Positions 48,646 through 62,155 of a stretch of DNA of 64,000 bases are shown here, in pieces. The stretch comes from Candidatus Limnocylindria bacterium (GTDB lineage: Bacteria > Chloroflexota > Limnocylindria > QHBO01): the NCBI GenBank assembly GCA_035701185.1, contig DASSNX010000169.1, positions 1,138 through 65,137 of the forward strand. The letters run 5' to 3'. Every line of letters begins with the position of its first letter. The stretch's first letter is position 1. The notes below the pieces were generated by a model. That model was not told the DNA's origin and searched no databases. It worked only from the letters and a program-made list of their open reading frames with translations. Both the position numbers and the translations under genes were made by a program.

Positions 48646-49881
48646 ATGGCCGGGTGGATCGCGCTCGCCGTCGGCCTGGTCCTGGTGGGGATGGTGGCCG
48701 GCGCGCCGGGCGTGATACTGGTGGCGGTCCTCACCCTCGGCTACGCCTCGCTGACCGCGGTCTGGACGCGCTACGGCACCGCGCGCCTCGAGTACGGCCG
48801 CCGGCTGTCGACGCCCCGCGCGGTGGCGGGTGATGACGTCGGTCTGGACGTCACGATCTGGAACCGCAAGGCGCTGCCACTGCCCTGGGTGACCGGAGCG
48901 GACCGCGTGCCGGAACGGCTCACCATCCGCGAGCGCGACGAGATGCCGCGCGACGAGGCCTGGGCGGGGTCGCTGCTGCTGCGCAACGACTGGGCCCTGG
49001 GCTGGTACGAGCGCGTCGTGCGCCATTTCCACCTGGACGGTGTCCGGCGCGGGAGCTACCACTTCGGGCCGGCCAGCCTGGGCATTCGCGACGTCGTCGG
49101 ACGGCTGGCGCGCGAGGACGAGGTGGAGGGGCAGGACACCCTGGTCGTGGCGCCGGCGATGGCGCCGCTGCGCCACGCTGATCGGGCGTCGTCGCCGCTC
49201 GGCGAACGCCGCGCGCGGCAGTCGCTGACCGTCGACCCGGCGCTCTACGCCGGGGTCAGGCCGTTTCAGCCGGGCGATTCGCTGCGCCTCGTCCACTGGC
49301 GCGCCACGGCCCGGCTCGGCAGCCCGGTCAGCCGCCGCCTGGAACCGGCGCAGGGCCGCGAGGCGATCCTCATCGTCGACGTGCAGACGGTCGACGGCCC
49401 GTACTGGCTCACCTGGGACGAGGACGTCTTCGAGAGCCTGTGCATCATTGCTGCTTCCGTCGCCCGGCGCCTGCTCGACGACGGCGGCTCGGTCGGCATC
49501 GCGGCCGCCAACTTCGCCGGCTCGCCGCAGCGCTTCGCCTGGCTGCCACCCCGCGCCTCGCTGGCGCAGCTGCCGCGCATCGGCGAGGTGCTGGCCCGCA
49601 TCGGCCCCGTGCCGTCGGCCCCGCTGGGAACGCTGCTCGGCTGGCTGGCCACCAACGCGCCGTCGGGTAGCCGCCTGATGCTGATCAGCGCCCGCGATCC
49701 GTCGCCGTTCGTCGCAGCCCTGCGGCGGGCCGGGCGCAGCGGGTTTGGAGTGGAGCTCATCGCCGCCGGTCCCGACGCCATCGGTCATGCGCGCGTCGCC
49801 CGCCTGGTCCGCGTGCCCGCCCAGGCGGCGACGGTCGAGCCGAGCTGGGAGGTGCCACGTGCCGTCGGCCTGGCCGGGTAG
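48646..49881 (+). CDS. DUF58 domain protein (MoxR partner, vWA-like)
   Basis: N-terminal TM pair and a DUF58-like core; conserved position after moxR. Confidence 0.75.
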   Translation: MAGWIALAVGLVLVGMVAGAPGVILVAVLTLGYASLTAVWTRYGTARLEYGRRLSTPRAVAGDDVGLDVTIWNRKALPLPWVTGADRVPERLTIRERDEMPRDEAWAGSLLLRNDWALGWYERVVRHFHLDGVRRGSYHFGPASLGIRDVVGRLAREDEVEGQDTLVVAPAMAPLRHADRASSPLGERRARQSLTVDPALYAGVRPFQPGDSLRLVHWRATARLGSPVSRRLEPAQGREAILIVDVQTVDGPYWLTWDEDVFESLCIIAASVARRLLDDGGSVGIAAANFAGSPQRFAWLPPRASLAQLPRIGEVLARIGPVPSAPLGTLLGWLATNAPSGSRLMLISARDPSPFVAALRRAGRSGFGVELIAAGPDAIGHARVARLVRVPAQAATVEPSWEVPRAVGLAG

Positions 49882-51214
49882 CCGGCTCATCCCGGCGACC
49901 CGGGCGCTGGCCGAGGGCAGCCTCATTGCCGTCGCCTACGCCGCGGTGCAGGCGGCCGGCGGTCACTGGCCCTTCCTCGGCCCGCTGGAGCTCGGCATCC
50001 TGGTGCTGCTCGGCACGGCCTGGGCCCGCCGCGGCCGCTGGCAGTCACCCGCCGCCGATTCGTTCGGCTTCGTCGCGCTGGTGATCGTGGCCGGCGCCTT
50101 CGGCTGGCTGACTGACCTCGAGGTACGCGGCGCCCTGCTCAGCGGCGACGCCCTGCGCGCGCTGGGGCTGCACCTGGCGGGCTGGCTGGCCGCCGGCGGC
50201 GCCTTCGCCCGCGGCGCCATGCACCGGGTCCGCGAGGACGACAGCCTGATCGACGAGCGGATGATGCGCTGGGTGGTCCCGGGCCTGGCCGTCCCGTGGC
50301 TGCTCGGCTACGCGGTCTCCAGCGGCGAGATCGAGGCGCGCTTCGCCGCGGCAGCCTACATCGGCACCCTGTTCTTCGTCGGCGCCGGCCTGGCGACCAT
50401 CGGCCTCGCCCGGCTGGATGCGCTCCGGCGCTCAACGGTCGGCTACTGGCGCCACGACCGCACCTGGCTGCTGATGGTGGTGGGCATCGCCGTGGGCCTG
50501 ACGGTCCTCAGCATTCCGGTCGCCGCGCTGCTCGGCATCCCGTCCGAGGGCCTCCTGCGCGCCCTCGCCATCCCGGTCCAGACCTTCATCCTGCTGGTGG
50601 CGCTCATCAGCGCCCCGGCATTCCTGCTGGCGGCCTGGGTCGTCGGCCTGCTGCGGCCGCTGCTCGCCAACAGCCCGCTGCGCGACTTCAAGCTGCCGCG
50701 CTTCGACCTCACCGGAGCCGGCCCCGGCTCCGACCTGCCGGTCATCATCCTCAGCATCATCGTGGGCGCGATCTTCCTGTTCGAGTTCCTCCTGGCGGTG
50801 GTCGTGCTGTGGATGGTCATCCGCGACCGCACGCGGCGCCACGACCTGGTGGACCCCGGCTTCGAGGAGCGATCGGTGGTCGTGCCCGAGCCCGACCCGG
50901 AGCCGATGGCTGCGGCGCAGCCGTCATCGGCGGCAGCTGGGCCAGACCTGGACGGCCCGGCTGGCGCGTACCTGGCCGCCCTCGCCGCCCTGGCCGATGA
51001 CGGCCGCTGGCCGCGGCACACGGAGGAGACGCCGGCGGCTCATTTGGCGCGGGTCGACGACGAAGGCATGCGCAGCGGCGCCTTCCATCGGCTGGCGACG
51101 GCCTACCAGCTGGCGCGCTATGGTCCCCGTCCCGTATCGGCGCGTGAGTCACGCCGCGCCCGGGGCCGCTTGGAGACCTTCCGGACGTGGTTGCGAGGCG
51201 GCCAAAACTCTTGA
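49859..51214 (+). CDS. Multi-pass membrane protein with a C-terminal DUF4129-like domain (MoxR-operon third gene)
   Basis: Many TM helices and a cytoplasmic C-terminal domain; GTG start with GGGAGG SD, overlapping the DUF58 gene end. Confidence 0.55.
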   Translation: MPSAWPGSRLIPATRALAEGSLIAVAYAAVQAAGGHWPFLGPLELGILVLLGTAWARRGRWQSPAADSFGFVALVIVAGAFGWLTDLEVRGALLSGDALRALGLHLAGWLAAGGAFARGAMHRVREDDSLIDERMMRWVVPGLAVPWLLGYAVSSGEIEARFAAAAYIGTLFFVGAGLATIGLARLDALRRSTVGYWRHDRTWLLMVVGIAVGLTVLSIPVAALLGIPSEGLLRALAIPVQTFILLVALISAPAFLLAAWVVGLLRPLLANSPLRDFKLPRFDLTGAGPGSDLPVIILSIIVGAIFLFEFLLAVVVLWMVIRDRTRRHDLVDPGFEERSVVVPEPDPEPMAAAQPSSAAAGPDLDGPAGAYLAALAALADDGRWPRHTEETPAAHLARVDDEGMRSGAFHRLATAYQLARYGPRPVSARESRRARGRLETFRTWLRGGQNS

Positions 51215-51239
51215 CAACGGCATTGTCAGAGGTTAGGGT
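51211..51239 (+). promoter_or_regulatory. Heat-shock promoter TTGACA-17-TAGGGT overlapping a HAIR-like inverted repeat (TTGACAA-cggca-TTGTCAg)
   Basis: Inverted repeat resembling the HspR operator (CTTGAGT-N7-ACTCAAG), sitting on the -35 hexamer upstream of hsp20-hspR-lon. Confidence 0.4.
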
Positions 51240-51289
51240 AACGCCACATCCACTAAACCCACTTCGTGACGGAGGTCCGAAGAAGCATC

Positions 51290-51781
51290 ATGGCTAACCT
51301 GACCCGATTCGATCCGTTGAGCGAGATGGTCACTCTGCGGCAGGCGATGGACCGTCTCTTCGAGGATTCGTTCGTCAGCCCGCTGACCCTGCGGGCCTAC
51401 AACGGTGAGGCGCCCGCGCCGGCACTCGACGTGCATGAGACCGGCGACGAGATCGTCGTCACCGCGGCGCTCCCCGGCCTGAAGCCCGAGGACGTCGACA
51501 TCACCATCACCGGTCAGACCCTTTCGATCCGTGGCGAGTTCAAGGCCGACGAGAAGGTCGAGCGCGACCAGTACCTCTACCGTGAGCGTCGCTACGGCTC
51601 GTTCCACCGTCAGCTCCAGCTGCCGGTCCGCGTCCAGGGCGACGCCGCCACCGCGACCTTCGAGGACGGCGTCCTGCGGCTGAGCATCCCGAAGGCGGAG
51701 GAGGTCAAGCCGCGGCAGATCGCCATCAAGCCGGCACCGAAGCAGGTCGAGTCATCGGCCGATGGCAACGCGAAGGCGTGA
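51290..51781 (+). CDS. Hsp20/alpha-crystallin family small heat shock protein
   Basis: Alpha-crystallin domain (DVHETGDEIVVTAALPGLKPEDVDITITGQTLSIRGE...GVLRLSIPK). Confidence 0.85.
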   Translation: MANLTRFDPLSEMVTLRQAMDRLFEDSFVSPLTLRAYNGEAPAPALDVHETGDEIVVTAALPGLKPEDVDITITGQTLSIRGEFKADEKVERDQYLYRERRYGSFHRQLQLPVRVQGDAATATFEDGVLRLSIPKAEEVKPRQIAIKPAPKQVESSADGNAKA

Positions 51782-51815
51782 CCTGCCGAACGCTCGGCAG
51801 TCGGCGGAGCGGGCG

Positions 51816-52162
51816 GTGAGCTCGCTCCGCGATCCCACTCGGCCGCGGTACTTCATCAGCATCGCGGCCGAGCTGGCCAGCGTCCATCCCCGCACGCTCC
51901 GGATCTACGAGGAAGAAGGCCTCGTCTGCCCGCAGCGGCGCAACAACCTCCGGCTCTATTCGGAGGCCGATATCCAGCGGGTGCGTATCATCCGCTTTCT
52001 CACCCGACGCCAGGGGGTGAACCTGGCGGGCGTCAAGGTCATCCTGCAGCTCGAGGCACTGGGCAAGATCCGCGTCTACGACCTGTTCGATGCAGCTGAT
52101 GTCGAGCGTTTCGTCGAGGAAGGCGAGGAGCCAATCTCGGCCGAAGGGACAGTAACGAACAC

Positions 52163-52166
<4 letters not shown>
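51816..52166 (+). CDS. hspR: MerR family heat-shock transcriptional repressor HspR
   Basis: [30 protein letters not shown]...[12 protein letters not shown] matches HspR; GTG start chosen (the ATG at 51762 would add 18 residues overlapping hsp20). Confidence 0.65.
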
Positions 52167-54712
<2,546 letters not shown>

Positions 54713-54874
54713 CGGGCCGCAGTCCGCGACCCGGGGGGCGGGGGCAGCCGGCTCGGCGAAGGCCCGTGTCACCGGCGGCAATTGAACCGGTCGCGGGCCT
54801 GACCCGGGCCCCGGCCGTCAGCGAGATCCGCGCGGGCTGGCAATTGGCCCGAAGGAAGCAGCAAGAACGAATCG

Positions 54875-55915
54875 ATGGAGTACAAGGACTACTACGCAAC
54901 CCTTGGCGTGCCGAAGACGGCGACCCAGGCCGAGATCAAGAAGGCCTATCGCCGGCTGGCGCGTGAGCTCCATCCCGACCGCAATCCGGGCGACAAGGAT
55001 GCCGAGCGGCGCTTTAAGGAGGCGAACGAGGCGCATGCCGTCCTCTCCGACCCGGAGAAGCGGAAGCGTTACGACGAGCTTGGCGCCAACTGGCAGGCCT
55101 ATGAGCAGGCCGGGTTTGGCGACGGCGCCACCGACTGGGCCGGGTTCGGCGGCGCTCCGGGCGGCACCCGCTGGGAGTACCGGCGCGTGAGCCCGGAGGA
55201 CCTCGGCGGCTTCAGCGACTTCTTCCAGTCCTTCTTCGGCGGAGCCGGTGGCTTCAGCGCCGGGCCGATGGGTGCCGGCAGCTCGTCGCGCGGCAGCACC
55301 GGCGGATTCGAGCAGATCTTCGACTTCGGCGACCTCGGCACCGGCACCGGCGCCGGCGCCGGCACGCGACGAACCGCGATCCGCCAGCCGACGGCGACGG
55401 CCGTCGCCGAGGTGACGCTCGAAGAGGTCGCCCGCGGCGCCGAGCGGATGGTCGACGTCGACGGACGGCGGCTGCAGGTCAAGATCCCCGCCGGCGTGAC
55501 CGATGGGCAGAAGATCAAGCTGCGCGGGGGCGGGCTGCGGGGCGGCGAGGCGGGCACCGCGGGTGACCTGGTGATCACCGTCCGCGTGAAGCCGGATCCG
55601 CGCTTCGAGCGCCGTGGTGCCGACCTCCTGACCGAGCTGCCACTCACCCTGGCCGAGGCCCTGCTGGGCGCAGAGGTGCCGGTCCCCACGCCGACCGGCT
55701 CGGCCCGGCTCCGCATCCGACCGAACACGCAGAACGGCCAGCGGATCCATCTGCGTGGCCGCGGCCTGCCGAAGCGCGGCGGCGGGAAGGGCGACCTGAT
55801 CGTCACGACCCGGGTCGTCCTGCCGCAGCTCGACGACGAGTCGCGGCAGCAGCTCGCCGCGCTGCTCGCCAAGCATCCGCAGCCCGACCCGCGGCGCGAG
55901 GGGAAGGTGCACTGA
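54875..55915 (+). CDS. DnaJ-class co-chaperone lacking the zinc-finger domain (CbpA-like)
   Basis: J domain with HPD (DYYATLGV...[13 protein letters not shown]), a G/F-rich region and C-terminal substrate-binding domains with no CxxCxGxG repeats. Confidence 0.85.
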   Translation: MEYKDYYATLGVPKTATQAEIKKAYRRLARELHPDRNPGDKDAERRFKEANEAHAVLSDPEKRKRYDELGANWQAYEQAGFGDGATDWAGFGGAPGGTRWEYRRVSPEDLGGFSDFFQSFFGGAGGFSAGPMGAGSSSRGSTGGFEQIFDFGDLGTGTGAGAGTRRTAIRQPTATAVAEVTLEEVARGAERMVDVDGRRLQVKIPAGVTDGQKIKLRGGGLRGGEAGTAGDLVITVRVKPDPRFERRGADLLTELPLTLAEALLGAEVPVPTPTGSARLRIRPNTQNGQRIHLRGRGLPKRGGGKGDLIVTTRVVLPQLDDESRQQLAALLAKHPQPDPRREGKVH

Positions 55916-58575
55916 TGCGCACCGAGCGGTTCACCGCCAAGACCCAGGAGGCGATCCTGGCGGCCCAGCAGATGGCGGAGGGCGAGGGCCATCCGGAGTT
56001 GACCGCCACCCACCTGCTGCTCAGCCTGATCGACCAGCCGGACGGGGTGGTGCCGGCCGTCCTGGAGCGCTCCGGCGTGGACGTGCCAGCCTTGGCGACG
56101 GCAGCCCGGGAGGTTCTCGGCCGGCTGCCACGGGTCTCGGGCGACACGCAGCTCAGCCTCTCGAACGAGGCGAGGCGCGTGCTGACCGAGGCGCACGCCA
56201 TCGCCGAGCGGATGCACGACGAGTACGTCTCGACGGAGCACCTGCTGCTTGCCATCATCGAGGACACCACCGGCAGCGAGGCACGGCGTCTGCTTGCCGA
56301 TCACGGTGTTGACAGCGCGTCCGTCATGGGGGCGCTCAGCGGCATCCGAGGGAGCCAGCGCGTGACCAGCGAGAATCCCGAAGCAACCTACCAGGCCCTG
56401 GAGAAGTACGGCCGCGACCTGACCGAGGCGGCCCGCCGCGGGCTGCTGGACCCGGTCATCGGCCGCGACGAGGAGATCCGGCGCGTGATCCAGGTCCTCA
56501 GCCGCCGCACGAAGAACAACCCGGTGCTCATCGGCGAGCCGGGCGTCGGCAAGACGGCCATCGTCGAGGGGCTGGCGCAGCGGATCGTGCGCGGGGACGT
56601 CCCAGAGGGCCTGCGCGACAAGCGGGTGGTGGCGCTCGACCTGGGCGCTCTGGTGGCCGGGGCCAAGTACCGCGGCGAGTTCGAGGAGCGCCTGAAGGCG
56701 GTCCTCAAGGAGGTCACCGACTCCGCCGGTCAGATCATCCTGTTCATCGACGAGCTGCACACGGTGGTCGGCGCCGGCGCGGCCGAGGGCGCCATGGACG
56801 CCTCGAACCTCCTGAAGCCGATGCTCGCCCGCGGCGAGCTGCACTGCATCGGCGCCACCACGCTGGACGAGTACCGGAAGCACATCGAGAAGGACGCGGC
56901 ACTGGAGCGGCGCTTCCAGCCGGTGGTCGTCGACCAGCCGGACGTGGAGGACACCATCTCCATCCTGCGCGGCCTGCGTGAGCGCTACGAGGTGCACCAC
57001 GGGGTGCGTATCACCGACGGCGCGCTGGTCGCCGCCGCGGTGCTTAGCAACCGCTACATCACCGAGCGCTTCCTGCCCGACAAGGCCATCGACCTGGTCG
57101 ACGAGGCGGCCAGCCGGCTGCGCATGGAGATGGATTCCATGCCGGTGGAGCTCGACGAGGTCGAGCGGCGCCGGATGCAGCTCGAGATCGAGCGCGAGGC
57201 GCTGCGCAAGGAGAAGGATGCGGCTTCGAAGGCTCGGCTTGAGGCGCTCGAGAAGGAGCTGGCCGATCTGCGGGAGCGCGGCGACGCGATGAAGGCCGCC
57301 TGGGAACGCGAGAAGGAGGTCGTGGCCCAGATCCGCGCGACCCGCGAGGAGCAGGAGCGGCTGGGCCCCGAGATCGAGGCGGCCACCCGTGCGCAGGACT
57401 ACCAGCGCGCCAGCGAGCTGCAGTACGGACGGGCGCGCGAGCTGGAGCAGAAGCTCGCCGAGCTGCAAGAACGGCTGGCGGAGCTGAAGGCCGCGGGCTC
57501 CCTCCTGCTGAAGGAGGAAGTGGACGCAGACGACATTGCCGCCGTGGTCGCGCGCTGGACCGGCATCCCGGTCGCGCGCCTGATGGAGGGCGAGTCGGAG
57601 AAGCTGCTCCTGATGGAGGATCGGCTGCACGCCAGGCTCATCGGCCAGGAGGAGGCGGTCCAGGCGGTCAGCGACGCCATTCGGCGGGCGCGGGCCGGGC
57701 TGAAGGACCCAAAGCGGCCCATCGGCTCATTCATCTTCCTGGGACCCACCGGCGTGGGGAAGACGGAGCTGGCCAGGGCGCTGGCCGAGTTCCTGTTCGA
57801 CGACGAGAACGCCCTGGTCCGGATCGACATGAGCGCGTACATGGAGAAGTTCGCCACCAGCCGGCTGGTGGGCGCGCCCCCCGGCTACGTCGGTTACGAG
57901 GAGGGCGGGCAGCTCACCGAAGCCGTGCGCCGGCGCCCGTACCAGGTCGTGCTCTTCGACGAGATCGAGAAGGCACACCCGGACGTCTTCAACGTCCTGC
58001 TCCAGCTCCTGGACGATGGGCGCCTGACGGACTCGCAGGGGCGCACGGTCGACTTCAAGAACACCGTCATCATCATGACCAGCAACCTGGGCTCCAGCAC
58101 GCTGATCGAAGCGGCAGAGGGTGGAGCCGATGCCTTCGAGCGCGCGGCGGAGTCCGTCCGCGCGCAGCTGCGCGACCATTTCCGGCCTGAGTTCCTGAAC
58201 CGCGTCGACGAGATCATCGTCTTCAAGCCGCTGTCCGAGGCGCAGCTGTCGGAGATCGTGCGGCTGCTGCTGGCCGGCGTGGAGCGACGCCTCGCCGAAG
58301 CCGACATCACGCTGAAGGTGACCGATGCCGCCCGCGCGCTCGTGGCGCGGCAGGGGTACGACCCGGTCTACGGTGCGCGGCCGCTGCGCCGGGCCATCCA
58401 GCGCAGCATCGAGAACCCGCTGGCCAGGAGGATCCTGGCCGGTGAGTTCCCGCCCGGCTCAACCGTCGAGGTGGACGCCACCCCGGACGGCGCGCTGACC
58501 TTCAACGGCTCGGTCGAGCCGGCGTCGCCGCCGCGCGTCATGTCTGCGCCCGGCGGGTCCACGACCGTCAACTAG
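55915..58575 (+). CDS. clpB: Chaperone ClpB
   Basis: Two AAA+ modules ([18 protein letters not shown]), a long coiled-coil middle domain and the Clp N domain. Confidence 0.95.
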   Translation: MRTERFTAKTQEAILAAQQMAEGEGHPELTATHLLLSLIDQPDGVVPAVLERSGVDVPALATAAREVLGRLPRVSGDTQLSLSNEARRVLTEAHAIAERMHDEYVSTEHLLLAIIEDTTGSEARRLLADHGVDSASVMGALSGIRGSQRVTSENPEATYQALEKYGRDLTEAARRGLLDPVIGRDEEIRRVIQVLSRRTKNNPVLIGEPGVGKTAIVEGLAQRIVRGDVPEGLRDKRVVALDLGALVAGAKYRGEFEERLKAVLKEVTDSAGQIILFIDELHTVVGAGAAEGAMDASNLLKPMLARGELHCIGATTLDEYRKHIEKDAALERRFQPVVVDQPDVEDTISILRGLRERYEVHHGVRITDGALVAAAVLSNRYITERFLPDKAIDLVDEAASRLRMEMDSMPVELDEVERRRMQLEIEREALRKEKDAASKARLEALEKELADLRERGDAMKAAWEREKEVVAQIRATREEQERLGPEIEAATRAQDYQRASELQYGRARELEQKLAELQERLAELKAAGSLLLKEEVDADDIAAVVARWTGIPVARLMEGESEKLLLMEDRLHARLIGQEEAVQAVSDAIRRARAGLKDPKRPIGSFIFLGPTGVGKTELARALAEFLFDDENALVRIDMSAYMEKFATSRLVGAPPGYVGYEEGGQLTEAVRRRPYQVVLFDEIEKAHPDVFNVLLQLLDDGRLTDSQGRTVDFKNTVIIMTSNLGSSTLIEAAEGGADAFERAAESVRAQLRDHFRPEFLNRVDEIIVFKPLSEAQLSEIVRLLLAGVERRLAEADITLKVTDAARALVARQGYDPVYGARPLRRAIQRSIENPLARRILAGEFPPGSTVEVDATPDGALTFNGSVEPASPPRVMSAPGGSTTVN

Positions 58576-59003
58576 ACAGAGGCCAGCAGGTCCAGCGGGA
58601 ACGGCGGCAGCGCCAGCGGCCGAACGGCCAGGCGCAGCAGCAGCAGGGGCGAGTCGTCGCCGGCGGCGCGGTTCGACTTGAGGTCGCCACACCCGGTGCA
58701 GCGGTGGATGATCACCCATTCCCCCTTGCCCCGGACGCTGATCGCAATCGGCTCCATGGCCGAACCGCAGTCCTCGCGCATGGCGCGGTCACCGGGCCGC
58801 GCGTCGACGTGACGCGACCAGAGGCAGCTTGGACAGTGGTTCCGATGCCGGGTCCCGGGGGCGTCGCTGGGCACGTCGATCCGGCAGTGCGCGCAGCGAA
58901 ACGAACGCGAAGCTTTCAAGCAGTGACTCCCATCGAGCGTTGGTGACGGACGAGGCCGATGGCATCGCGCCCGGCTTCCGTGTCGTTGCCCGTGGGCCAA
59001 CAA
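58572..59003 (-). CDS. RNHCP domain zinc-ribbon protein
   Basis: [15 protein letters not shown]...[28 protein letters not shown] matches the RNHCP signature; start codon uncertain. Confidence 0.55.
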   Translation of the reverse strand: MLAHGQRHGSRARCHRPRPSPTLDGSHCLKASRSFRCAHCRIDVPSDAPGTRHRNHCPSCLWSRHVDARPGDRAMREDCGSAMEPIAISVRGKGEWVIIHRCTGCGDLKSNRAAGDDSPLLLLRLAVRPLALPPFPLDLLASV

Positions 59004-59192
59004 GAAAGCCGTCCCGGACGGGACGGCTGCGGCTCAGCTGCGAAGGCGGCTGGGGCCTAGCGTCCACTCCGGAGGCGCGATGCACGGACCGTCCAGACGG
59101 TGCTTGACATCGAACTTGGCCTCCCAGCGGAACTCTGGCGCCGAAGATAGACCCCGGCCGCCGCGCACGTCAAGGCCGTGCGGCCGCTGTCG

Positions 59193-59606
59193 TCAGCGGT
59201 GGCGGCGGCGGCGTCCGGCGGGCGTGGGCCGCGCGCGTTCCCGCTCGACGCGGCGTGGCGGTGGGACGAAGCGCTGGCGTCGGATCTCGTCGTTCATGGC
59301 CGCGATCTCGCGCGGGAACTTGAAGAAGGTCGCCCAGGCGGCGATGCCCATGCCCGGAAGGACGATCAGCAGCAGGAGCGCGAGCGGCACATGGATGACC
59401 ACCAGCAGCGGGACGAGGCCCCAGGTCACCAGGATCGACCAGAAGACCCACTCGTGCAGCGCCAGGATGGCGGGATAGCGCCGGTAGCGCCGCTGGGCGG
59501 CGGTATAGACGAAGATGGAGCCGATCACGATCAGCAGCGCGCCGGCCCACATCATCGTGAACAGGTCTCGGAAGCCGATGGGCGTGAAGGCGTCGAAGAT
59601 GCGCAT
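59193..59606 (-). CDS. Hypothetical integral membrane protein
   Basis: Three predicted TM helices and a basic C-terminus. Confidence 0.45.
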   Translation of the reverse strand: MRIFDAFTPIGFRDLFTMMWAGALLIVIGSIFVYTAAQRRYRRYPAILALHEWVFWSILVTWGLVPLLVVIHVPLALLLLIVLPGMGIAAWATFFKFPREIAAMNDEIRRQRFVPPPRRVERERARPTPAGRRRRHR

Positions 59607-59643
59607 CGGCGCGCGAGTCTAGCAGAGGGAGGCCATCGGCCCG

Positions 59644-60494
59644 TGCAGCAGCAGATCGATCAGCTGTGGGACTGGGACAACCCGGGCGACAGCGAGACTC
59701 GCTTCCGCGAAGCGGCCGAGACGGCACCGTCCGAGCCGGCGCGAGCCATTCTGCTGACGCAGGTTGCGCGGGCGCTCGGCCTCCAGGGGCGATGGGCCGA
59801 AGCCCTCGCCATGCTGGACGCGCTGCCGGGCGGCGATCCGGAACTCGAGGCGCGCGCCACCCTGGAGCGCGGGCGCGTGCTCAACTCGCGCGGCGACCCC
59901 GCAGCAGCGAGGCCGCTCTTCGAGCAGGCACTGGCGCGCGCCGAGGTGGCGGGGCTCGAGCACCTGGCGGTGGACGCCGTCCACATGCTGGCCATCGTGG
60001 CGCCACCCGACGAGCAGGTCGCGCTCAATGAGCGGGCCATTGGAATGGCACAGGCTGCGCAGGATCCTCGGGCGCGGCAGTGGCTGGCCAGCCTCTACAA
60101 CAACCTGGGCTGGAGCCGTTTCGAGGCTGGTGATCACGCCGAGGCGCTGCGGCTCTTCGAGCTGGCGCTGGTCGAGCGGCAGCGGCGCGACGAGCCGCGC
60201 GAGACGGGCATCGCCCGCTGGACGGTGGCCCGCACGCTGCGGGCAGTCGGCCGGGTCGACGAGGCGCTGGCCGCGCAGCAGCAGCTGGCCGCCGACAACG
60301 CCGCGGCCGGCGTGGACGATCCGTACGTGGACGAGGAGCTTGGCGAGTGCCTCCTGGCGCTCGGCCGCCACGATGAGGCACGTCCCCATTTCGCCACGGC
60401 CGCGGCGGGACTCGCCGGTGACCCGTGGCTGGCCGAGCACGAGCCGGCACGCATCGCGCGCCTGCGGGAGCTGGCGGGCGAGGCCGAAGCCTAG
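59644..60494 (+). CDS. TPR-repeat protein
   Basis: Repeated A/L-rich TPR-like helices; GTG start with AGGGAGG SD (the longer ORF-track N-terminus is low-complexity). Confidence 0.55.
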
Positions 60495-61429
60495 GCGCTT
60501 GCCGGGGTCGCGAGCGGAACCGCCACCGGACGCTTCAGCGCCGCCGGCGCGTGCCCGCGCATGACCAGCACCGAGCAGTGCGAGTGCAGCAGGACGTCGT
60601 GCGCCACGCTGCCGGCGAGCAGCCGCCGAACGTCGCCCAGGCCGCGTGAGCCGGTGACGATCAGATCGCAGCCCAGCTCTCGCGCGCCCGCCACGATCTC
60701 CCCGGCCGGGTCGCCAACCCGGACCACGGGCCTCGCGTCCCAGCCCGCCGACTCGAGCGTCTGGGCCATGTCCTCCGCGAACTCGTGGTGCCGCTGGGTG
60801 ACCTCGTCCACCACGTGGGGGCGGTCGCTCTCCGGCGACGCCCACGGCGTGATCATCAGCTCGGTGTCCGTCCCGCCGCCGGGTGCCACGCTCAGCACCT
60901 CGATTGGCAGGCCGCGGAACGCGTGCCACGCCGCCAGGATGCTTGGGATCGCCCGGGCGCTGGCCGAGCCGTCGGTGGCGACCAGGACTCGGGACGCCTC
61001 CGGCTGGCGGACGACGAGTACCGGGCAGCTGGCGTGGTCGACCAGGCCGGCCGAAACCGAGCCGAGCAGGGCGCTGGCGGCCGGGCCGCGGCCACGACTG
61101 CCGACCACGATCAGATCCGCGGCGAACTCGGTTGCCGCCTGGGCGAGGACGTGGGCGGCCGCTCCCTCCTCGGCGCGCACCTCAACCCGGTGGCCGAGGC
61201 GCCGCAGCGGTTCAGCCATGCCGTAGAGCATGGTCAGGGTCTCGCGGGGGGACGAGGTCGCCGGGTCACGGAACCATTCATGGCCGGGGATGGCCTCGGT
61301 CCAGCGCCCGCTCTCGTCGCAGGCACACAGGAACAGGAACTCGCTCTGGGCCGGCCATGTCATCGCGCAGATGAACTCGTGCGCGACCTCGGACGAGCGT
61401 GAGCCGTCGAATCCGACCACGATCCTCAT
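60491..61429 (-). CDS. Tandem-domain universal stress protein (UspA x2)
   Basis: Two Usp domains, each with a G-x2-G-x9-G(S) ATP-binding motif (VVGSRGRGPAASALLGSVS; IVTGSRGLGDVRRLLAGSVA). Confidence 0.8.
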   Translation of the reverse strand: MRIVVGFDGSRSSEVAHEFICAMTWPAQSEFLFLCACDESGRWTEAIPGHEWFRDPATSSPRETLTMLYGMAEPLRRLGHRVEVRAEEGAAAHVLAQAATEFAADLIVVGSRGRGPAASALLGSVSAGLVDHASCPVLVVRQPEASRVLVATDGSASARAIPSILAAWHAFRGLPIEVLSVAPGGGTDTELMITPWASPESDRPHVVDEVTQRHHEFAEDMAQTLESAGWDARPVVRVGDPAGEIVAGARELGCDLIVTGSRGLGDVRRLLAGSVAHDVLLHSHCSVLVMRGHAPAALKRPVAVPLATPASA

Positions 61430-62004
61430 GACAGGTTGCCTCCACGCTCATTGCTCGCGCCGGCGGGATCGAGCTCGATCGACGTCACGCCGGCGTCCGT
61501 CGTCTGCCGCCGCACGCCTCCGCCCGCGCTGAGGAACAGCCTCCGCATCGGCTGATTGCCGGCGAACATGGCGGCCACCAGCTTCGGCACGCCTCGGGCG
61601 CGCGCCGCCTGCATCGCCGCGGCCATCAGCTGTGTGCCGACTCCGCGATGGCGGAACTCGTCGGCAACCGCCACGGCAACTTCTTCCGCACCACTCGGCA
61701 TCGGCTCCATGCAGAGGTGGCCGACGACGCGGCCGTCTCGGCGGCCCGCCTCGCGCAGGATGGCGACGTACCCATCGGCTCCGCGCTCGCGTGCCGCTGC
61801 GAAGCGGCGAGCCGCGCGATCGTCGATGCCCGGCGACATCCCCAGGAACCGGGTGTAGCGGGCCTGCTGCGAAAGCCCGCGATAGAAATCGAAGAGGCCT
61901 TCCCAGTCACTCGATTCGATCGGTCGGATCGTGACCCACATCGCGAGACCGGCAGGAATCGGCCCGATCCGCGCTGGTCTCCGTTCCAGGGCCGTGCTGC
62001 TCAT
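61426..62004 (-). CDS. GNAT family N-acetyltransferase
   Basis: Acetyl-CoA-binding motif RHRGVGTQLM and GNAT fold; ATGA overlap with the usp start. Confidence 0.7.
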   Translation of the reverse strand: MSSTALERRPARIGPIPAGLAMWVTIRPIESSDWEGLFDFYRGLSQQARYTRFLGMSPGIDDRAARRFAAARERGADGYVAILREAGRRDGRVVGHLCMEPMPSGAEEVAVAVADEFRHRGVGTQLMAAAMQAARARGVPKLVAAMFAGNQPMRRLFLSAGGGVRRQTTDAGVTSIELDPAGASNERGGNLS

Positions 62005-62106
62005 GTCCGGGATGACCTCCTCGTTGCCGGCATGGTCGAGCCAGCGAGGTAGCCGGACGAGGGCCGTTGGTCATCAGGCGCGCGGTGCGGATGGCACACA
62101 ACGAAC

Positions 62107-62131
62107 GACGGCCGCCTCGCCGGCGGCCGTC
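62107..62131 (-). terminator. Perfect 10-bp GC hairpin downstream of the glsB-family gene
   Basis: GACGGCCGCC-tcgcc-GGCGGCCGTC, followed on the minus strand by a T/G-rich stretch. Confidence 0.4.
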
Positions 62132-62155
62132 GTCGCTCAGACCGAGGTTACGAGG

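Noticed and set aside
48520-49926. 468-aa reverse-strand ORF antisense to the DUF58 gene
   Set aside because: It is Arg/Ala/Pro-rich antisense junk.
55099-57630. 843-aa reverse-strand ORF antisense to clpB
   Set aside because: It is low-complexity antisense reading of clpB.
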